In this document: positions 58,203 through 64,000 of the stretch, in pieces
How the letters are laid out: the number at the start of each line of letters is the position of its first letter
Position numbering within the stretch: the first letter of the stretch is position 1
From: Chitinophagaceae bacterium
GTDB taxonomy: Bacteria; Bacteroidota; Bacteroidia; Chitinophagales; Chitinophagaceae
Direction: 5' to 3'
NCBI GenBank assembly: GCA_027489035.1
Contig: JAIYAN010000013.1
Span: 4,141 to 68,140 of the forward strand
DNA: 64,000 bases
Notes under the pieces: model-generated
The model's database searches: none
The model's input: only the letters and a program-made list of their open reading frames with translations
Told to the model about the DNA's origin: nothing
Made by a program: the position numbers and the translations under genes

Positions 58203-60434
58203 ATGAAAAAATACATCTTCATTCTTGGTTTACTGTTTCCGTTTGGCTTATCGGCTCAAAAAATATTAGGAAAAGTAACCAACGACAAAAAAGAACCTAT
58301 TATTGGTGCAAGAATATATTGGCTTGGCACTGCTATTGGCGAAACAACAGATAACCAAGGAGCGTTTCAAATTTCTACTACAGACATTTCAAATAAAAAA
58401 CTCATTGCAAGTTATGTGGGGCATTCATCAGACACCATTGAAATCATCAATCAAACCTTTGTTGAGTTCCACTTGCAGGAAACAAAGACACTAAATGAAG
58501 TGGTTGTACAAGGACAAAGAGACGGCGTAATTATTTCAGACATCAATCCAATAAAGACCGAGCAAATAACACAAACGGAACTTAAAAAATCGGCTTGTTG
58601 TGACCTTGCAGGATGTTTTGAAACTCAAACCACTGTGCAACCACAAACGACCAATGTAATAACGAACTCTAAAGAACTGCGCATTTTGGGTTTATCGGGC
58701 GTTTACAATCAGGTATTGATTGATGGTTTCCCATTGATACAAGGCTTGTCGTACACGTATGGCATCAGCACTATTCCAGGCACAATGGTTGACAACATTT
58801 ATATTTCAAAAGGTGCAAACAGTGTATTGCAAGGATATGAAAGCATTAGCGGACAAATAAATGTTGAAACGAAAGAACCCGACAAAACAGACAGCTTGTT
58901 GCTTAATGTTTATGTGAACAATTTTATGGAAAAACATTTTAACGCAAACTATGCTTTCAAAAAAAATAAATGGAGCAACTTAACAACGTTTCATACGGTA
59001 CAACCAGCTAATAAAATTGATCGAGACAATGATAAATTTCTAGACTTGCCTTTGCTAACCCGTTATATGATTTCCAACAGATGGAAATACGGAAATGAAA
59101 AAGAATGGGGTTGGAATAGTCAAATAGGTTTACGTTTTTTTAACGAACAACGTATTGGCGGACAAACCTTCTTTAATCCCGAAAGAGACAAAGGCAGCAC
59201 CAGTGTTTACGGACAAAGTGTACAGATCAACCAACCTGAAATTTGGACAAAAACGGGTTATCGTGTAAATGATAATCATAACATTGTTTTGTTTGCTTCG
59301 AGTTTTCATCAACAACAAAATTCATTTTTTGGAACGGTAAAATATGATGCACAGCAAACGAATTTTTACGGAAACATTCAGTATGAGCTGAGCTATGCCG
59401 AACACGAATTAAAAACAGGCATCAGTTACCGTCATTTGAATTTGAAAGAAGATATTGCTTTTACCGACACCTTGTTGCAACGGACATATGCCGGAAAATA
59501 TCAACGATTGGAAAATATTCCCGGAATTTTTGCCGAAAATACATTCCGATTTTTTGATGATAAACTCACTTGGATTGTAGGCGTTCGGGGCGACCAACAT
59601 AATCAATTTGGTTTTCAGTTTACGCCAAGAACTTTACTTAAATACGACATCGCACAAAAAACGATTGTTAGGGCAAATGTTGGAACAGGTTGGAGAACGG
59701 TAAATTTATTTAGCGAAAATATCGGATTACTTGTAAGTTCACGTGACATCATTTTTGCGGAGCAGTTACAACCCGAGAAAGCGTTAAATTTTGGCGTTAA
59801 CTTGACACAAAAGTTTGAAACGAAAAACAATAATCTATCAGGTTATTTAAGTGTGGACTATTACCGAACAGAATTTCAAAATCAAATTTTTCCTGATTAT
59901 GACAGTGACCCTACAAAAGCAATTATTAAAAATTTTACAGGAACAAGCGTGAGCAATGGTTTTCAGGCAGAGTTGTATTTGAAATTTTATAAAAGGGTTG
60001 AATTGAAAACGGGATATAATTTTTTAGATGTTTACAGGGAAATTGGTGAAACTAAACAGTTATTGCCTTTCAATCCAATGCATAAATTCATAACAACTTT
60101 CAGTTACAAACCAATGACGAATAAATTTCACTTTGATATGAATGTGCATTGGTTTGGAGAACAACGATTGCCAGACACGAAATCAAATCCGATAGAATTT
60201 CAGCGACCTGATTTTTCAAAACCATACACAACTGTAAATGCACAATTCACGTACAATTTAAAAAAGTTTGAAGTTTATGCAGGCTGTGAAAACATCTTAG
60301 ACTTCCGACAAAAACAACCGATAATCAGTTGGCAAGGCCCATTTAGCCCATATTTTGACACGTCTTCCGTTTGGGGTCCGACGCGAGGAAGGGAAATTTA
60401 TGTTGGCGTTAGATTTAAGTTGAATAAGAAATAA
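58203..60434 (+). CDS. TonB-dependent receptor (heavy-metal-associated type)
   Basis: ELKKSACCDLAGCFET plug motif; WGPTRGREIYVGVRF C-terminus; ATG 58203 preferred. Confidence 0.9.
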   Translation: MKKYIFILGLLFPFGLSAQKILGKVTNDKKEPIIGARIYWLGTAIGETTDNQGAFQISTTDISNKKLIASYVGHSSDTIEIINQTFVEFHLQETKTLNEVVVQGQRDGVIISDINPIKTEQITQTELKKSACCDLAGCFETQTTVQPQTTNVITNSKELRILGLSGVYNQVLIDGFPLIQGLSYTYGISTIPGTMVDNIYISKGANSVLQGYESISGQINVETKEPDKTDSLLLNVYVNNFMEKHFNANYAFKKNKWSNLTTFHTVQPANKIDRDNDKFLDLPLLTRYMISNRWKYGNEKEWGWNSQIGLRFFNEQRIGGQTFFNPERDKGSTSVYGQSVQINQPEIWTKTGYRVNDNHNIVLFASSFHQQQNSFFGTVKYDAQQTNFYGNIQYELSYAEHELKTGISYRHLNLKEDIAFTDTLLQRTYAGKYQRLENIPGIFAENTFRFFDDKLTWIVGVRGDQHNQFGFQFTPRTLLKYDIAQKTIVRANVGTGWRTVNLFSENIGLLVSSRDIIFAEQLQPEKALNFGVNLTQKFETKNNNLSGYLSVDYYRTEFQNQIFPDYDSDPTKAIIKNFTGTSVSNGFQAELYLKFYKRVELKTGYNFLDVYREIGETKQLLPFNPMHKFITTFSYKPMTNKFHFDMNVHWFGEQRLPDTKSNPIEFQRPDFSKPYTTVNAQFTYNLKKFEVYAGCENILDFRQKQPIISWQGPFSPYFDTSSVWGPTRGREIYVGVRFKLNKK

Positions 60435-60526
60435 TAATTTTTTCAAACTGTAATGCAAATAATCTAATACTGCATTTATACATAACCGTTAGTTGAAACC
60501 TTAATCAACTAAACCAACAAGTGAAA

Positions 60527-61051
60527 ATGATAAATATTGATATACAAAAGGTAACGCTTGAAAACATTGACCAATTGCAACAAATTTGCAGACAGACATT
60601 TTTTGAAACCTTCTCCTCTGGAAACACAGAAGAGAATATGAAGAAATATCTTGATGAAGAATTGTCTATCACAAAATTGACAACTGAACTTAACGACAAC
60701 AACGCTGAGTTTTATTTTGCAATGCATGACGAAAAAGTAATTGGTTATTTAAAATTAAACTTTGGACAATCTCAAACAGAACTACAAGATGAAAAGGCAA
60801 TTGAAATTGAACGTATTTATGTTTTAAAAGAATATCAGGGAAAAAGCGTTGGACAAATTCTTTATGACATAGCAATACAAATAGCTAGAAAAAAATGCGC
60901 AGAATATATTTGGTTGGGTGTTTGGGAAGAAAACTCAAAAGCAATAAACTTTTACAAGAAAAATGGTTTCGTTGAGTTTGACAAACATGTTTTCAAATTG
61001 GGCAATGACGAACAGACTGATATAATGATGAAATTAAAATTGCAGTATTGA
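60527..61051 (+). CDS. GNAT N-acetyltransferase (PaiA/SSAT-like)
   Basis: EIERIYVLKEYQGKSVG, WLGVWEEN..AINFYKKNGF. Confidence 0.92.
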   Translation: MINIDIQKVTLENIDQLQQICRQTFFETFSSGNTEENMKKYLDEELSITKLTTELNDNNAEFYFAMHDEKVIGYLKLNFGQSQTELQDEKAIEIERIYVLKEYQGKSVGQILYDIAIQIARKKCAEYIWLGVWEENSKAINFYKKNGFVEFDKHVFKLGNDEQTDIMMKLKLQY

Positions 61052-61092
61052 TAAGAAAGAAACTCAGCCACAAAAAATATCCCACTACCTCA

Positions 61093-61836
61093 TTACTGAC
61101 AAGTATACCCACCATCAACAGAATAAAGGCTTCCTGTCACAAAACTAGCGTCATCGGATAATAAAAAACAAACCACATTAGCAACTTCATAAGGTTGTGC
61201 AATTCGATTGATTGGTTGCGCTTTTTTAAGAGAATCAAGGATGGTATCTTTTTCCAAATTTGTCCTTTTAATAAATCCTTCTACCGCATTATAAAGCAAT
61301 GGCGTTTCAATGGTTCCAGGACAAATACAGTTAACCCTAATGTTGTGTTCAGCATAATCAATTGCTGTGCTTTTTGTAAGTTGGCCAATGGCTCCTTTTG
61401 TTAAACCATAAACAGCGCTTTTTCCTTTGCCAACGAATGATTGATCTGAACCCATCAATACGATACTTCCTTTACTTTGATTCCTCATGTAAGGAAGCAC
61501 GGCTTTTAAGGTATAAAAAACACTTTTTAAATTAACGGAAAGTACATGTTCAAAGTCTTCGATTTTTGTTTCTTCTATATTTCCAACAAGGTGAATACCT
61601 GCATTGGCAAACAATAAATCTAGTTTTTGATGTTTATTAAAAATCTGATCAACAGATTGTTTTACGCTTTCAAAATCACTTACATCACAATGAATATAAA
61701 ATTCATCATTGGCTTCGTCATTAAACAAATCTAAATTATAAACAAGGGCACCTTTTTCACGTAGTTTAATTTTGGTTGCTTGTCCGATTCCAGAACTGGC
61801 GCCAGTTACAATTACGATTTTTCCTTCTTGTTGCAT
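61093..61836 (-). CDS. SDR-family oxidoreductase
   Basis: TGASSGIG, ANAG, YGLTK, NCICPGTIET. Confidence 0.92.
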   Translation of the reverse strand: MQQEGKIVIVTGASSGIGQATKIKLREKGALVYNLDLFNDEANDEFYIHCDVSDFESVKQSVDQIFNKHQKLDLLFANAGIHLVGNIEETKIEDFEHVLSVNLKSVFYTLKAVLPYMRNQSKGSIVLMGSDQSFVGKGKSAVYGLTKGAIGQLTKSTAIDYAEHNIRVNCICPGTIETPLLYNAVEGFIKRTNLEKDTILDSLKKAQPINRIAQPYEVANVVCFLLSDDASFVTGSLYSVDGGYTCQ

Positions 61837-62060
61837 AAAATCTTGTTTTATTATTTTCTCCTTTTAATTGGCAAATTTGCATTTAAATTTAGCGTAATGC
61901 AAAATTATTTTTATGAATATAGAAAAGCGTATTGTAGGAAGTTTCAATTGTTTTGTAAACTTTTTAATTTCACCCATAGAAAAAATGCAAACCAAAATAC
62001 CAACAGTTTTGTATTAACTTTAAATTCGAAATTTTGAGTACGTTAATCTTTATCAATAAA

Positions 62061-62867
62061 ATGAAAACAAAAATCATATCACTGGAAAAAATAGCAACCT
62101 TTTGCTGCTTATTGATATTACTTGCTTTCAACAATAACGTATTCGCACAAATTATCTACACCGACATACCTGACGAAACGCCTAATGCTACTTATCCCTT
62201 AGATTTGAACAACGACAATATTGTTGATTTCATTATTCAATTTGGTGGAAGTGGTAGTATGATTGGAGTAATTTGTTCCCCTCAAAATAACAATGCTTAT
62301 GCGGGTAATTTTGTTGGTGGTGTACATTTACCATGGGCTTTATCTGCGTCTAATAATATCTGCGACACATTATCAACATGGTATGAATCTAATAACCCTG
62401 GTATAATGGGAATGGGCGTAAACATAGGATATTGGCCTAGTGCAACAAATAAATATTTAGCCCTCAAACTTATGGTGGGAACAAACACATACTATGGCTG
62501 GGCGCGATTTGATTTATTAGAAATATCCTCATCCTTTACCATAAAAGATTACGCTTACAATAGCATTCCAAATGGGTGCATTCAAGCAGGAAAAACCAAC
62601 GTAGGGGGTAATGAGAATTCAGGCAAGAACATTTCTGTCTTCCCCAATCCGCTTATTTCTTCAACAACATTTAAGATGATAAACGATCTTAAAAATGCAA
62701 CCCTAACCATTTACAACGCTTACGGTATTGCTTTAAAACAAATGAAAAATATTTCGGGAAAGACCTTTACTTTATTTCGGGAAAACCTTCCAAGCGGAAT
62801 TTATTTTATTAGACTGATAGATGAAAACAAAACCATCGCTGTAGAGAAATTAATAATTACAGATTGA
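62061..62867 (+). CDS. Secreted protein with a T9SS type-A C-terminal sorting domain
   Basis: Signal peptide; DLNNDNIVDF; ISVFPNP...LPSGIYFIRL...EKLII. Confidence 0.88.
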   Translation: MKTKIISLEKIATFCCLLILLAFNNNVFAQIIYTDIPDETPNATYPLDLNNDNIVDFIIQFGGSGSMIGVICSPQNNNAYAGNFVGGVHLPWALSASNNICDTLSTWYESNNPGIMGMGVNIGYWPSATNKYLALKLMVGTNTYYGWARFDLLEISSSFTIKDYAYNSIPNGCIQAGKTNVGGNENSGKNISVFPNPLISSTTFKMINDLKNATLTIYNAYGIALKQMKNISGKTFTLFRENLPSGIYFIRLIDENKTIAVEKLIITD

Positions 62868-62980
62868 GAATAGATTTTGTATTAACAGGCATTATACCTG
62901 ATATACAAAAGCATTGACTAGATTTTCTGATGAAATTAATTTTTAAAAATAGTCAACATCGACTAGTCAAAATCATTATT

Positions 62981-63934
62981 ATGAAAATAGTAAACTATAT
63001 ATTCTTTTTGATTTTTGCAATTACGACAATGTCATGTAATCAAAGTGGTAGCAATGAAACAAATAAAAAAATTAGTCAGAATAATAAAACTGAAATTAAA
63101 GTTCAAGTTTTTAAATACGACTCATTGACCATTCCGAATTTTTTTAAAACACTTATTGAAAACCACATTGATGATTTTTATAAAATAGAAAGTCCCAACT
63201 TTAATGCGCTTTTTAGTAGTAATGATATCGCTTCAACAGACACTCAAAATATCAACAAATATTTTACCATTAAAATACTCCATGATTTATTTACAAGTCA
63301 AACGGCATCTAATTGTTCTCAAGGCGAAATATTAAACATACCGTATTTGTGGCATTGGACAAATCCTAATCCAAGACATGATATTTATTTTGTTCAATCT
63401 AGACAACTATTATTTGAAACCCAAGCTCCGCATGAATTTTCAAATTATAGTTCATATGCTGACATTGATAGAACACCATATTTATTTTTAAGCGATTTGG
63501 TTCATGATGGTCCAAAATACTATTCCAATGCTTGTGATACTTTTTCTACATTTGGTTGGTGTAGTGAGCGGGAAATGGCATTTGTTGCTTTGACAAATCT
63601 TTTAAATTTTGATGGGAAAGTAATAGCAGAAGGAAACCACAGTTGGTCCGAATTTATTATTCCATTAAAATTGAAAAACGGACAATTTCAAAATTTTAAA
63701 GTAAAAGTGGACAATACATTTAATGCTGTTGAATGGACAACAATTGACAATACAGAAATCATGGCATGGAGACATTATAATGGAAATGTTAGTCTTGCTA
63801 ATTGGTATAATCAAAAAGCAAAGTCTTCAATTGAGTTAGGAAAAATTAGAAATCATTTGGCTTCAAATTCGGCCATGACAAGTATTGAAATGAAACTGGT
63901 GAATTATTTAGAGAAAAAAATTAATAAAAAATAA
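62981..63934 (+). CDS. Hypothetical lipoprotein
   Basis: Lipobox TMSC; conserved-looking FGWCSEREMAF and HSWSEF (possible Cys-His catalytic pair). Confidence 0.65.
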   Translation: MKIVNYIFFLIFAITTMSCNQSGSNETNKKISQNNKTEIKVQVFKYDSLTIPNFFKTLIENHIDDFYKIESPNFNALFSSNDIASTDTQNINKYFTIKILHDLFTSQTASNCSQGEILNIPYLWHWTNPNPRHDIYFVQSRQLLFETQAPHEFSNYSSYADIDRTPYLFLSDLVHDGPKYYSNACDTFSTFGWCSEREMAFVALTNLLNFDGKVIAEGNHSWSEFIIPLKLKNGQFQNFKVKVDNTFNAVEWTTIDNTEIMAWRHYNGNVSLANWYNQKAKSSIELGKIRNHLASNSAMTSIEMKLVNYLEKKINKK

Positions 63935-64000
63935 CAAAGTGTAGTAAGTTCAAGCGTTTTATAGTAATTTATTTAAAATTTTGTTTTTGTTGAATGGAGT

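Overview
AT-rich Bacteroidota chromosome segment, probably Chitinophagaceae (inferred from protein style and TAnnTTTG promoters). All family calls come from recalled motifs; no database searches were run. The left ~38.6 kb is core genome: a likely replication origin (DnaA boxes plus a DnaA-trio unwinding element, 2.4-2.9 kb), two perfect parS sites beside mnmG, and housekeeping genes (nadA, nadD, ybeY, ssb, SulP-carbonic anhydrase, fabG, lptB, metF, CBS, amt, rplM-rpsI-rpsB-tsf-pyrH, an ECF sigma module, rho, katG). Intergenic repeat mosaics and two paralogous sRNA-like loci (19.4-21.1 kb) are interspersed. The right ~25 kb is accessory: mostly small + strand genes separated by long imperfect palindromes that resemble integron attC sites, several with self-complementary cassette ends. 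No integrase is present. The most striking signal is a ~35-60 nt element in 8 copies, each 18-26 nt upstream of a start codon between 39.6 and 45.0 kb. It shows compensatory base changes in three helices (a hairpin plus an H-type pseudoknot with a GAA/AGUA bulged-G motif). It looks like an undescribed cis-acting RNA carried inside mobile cassettes, possibly for translation initiation or RNA processing.
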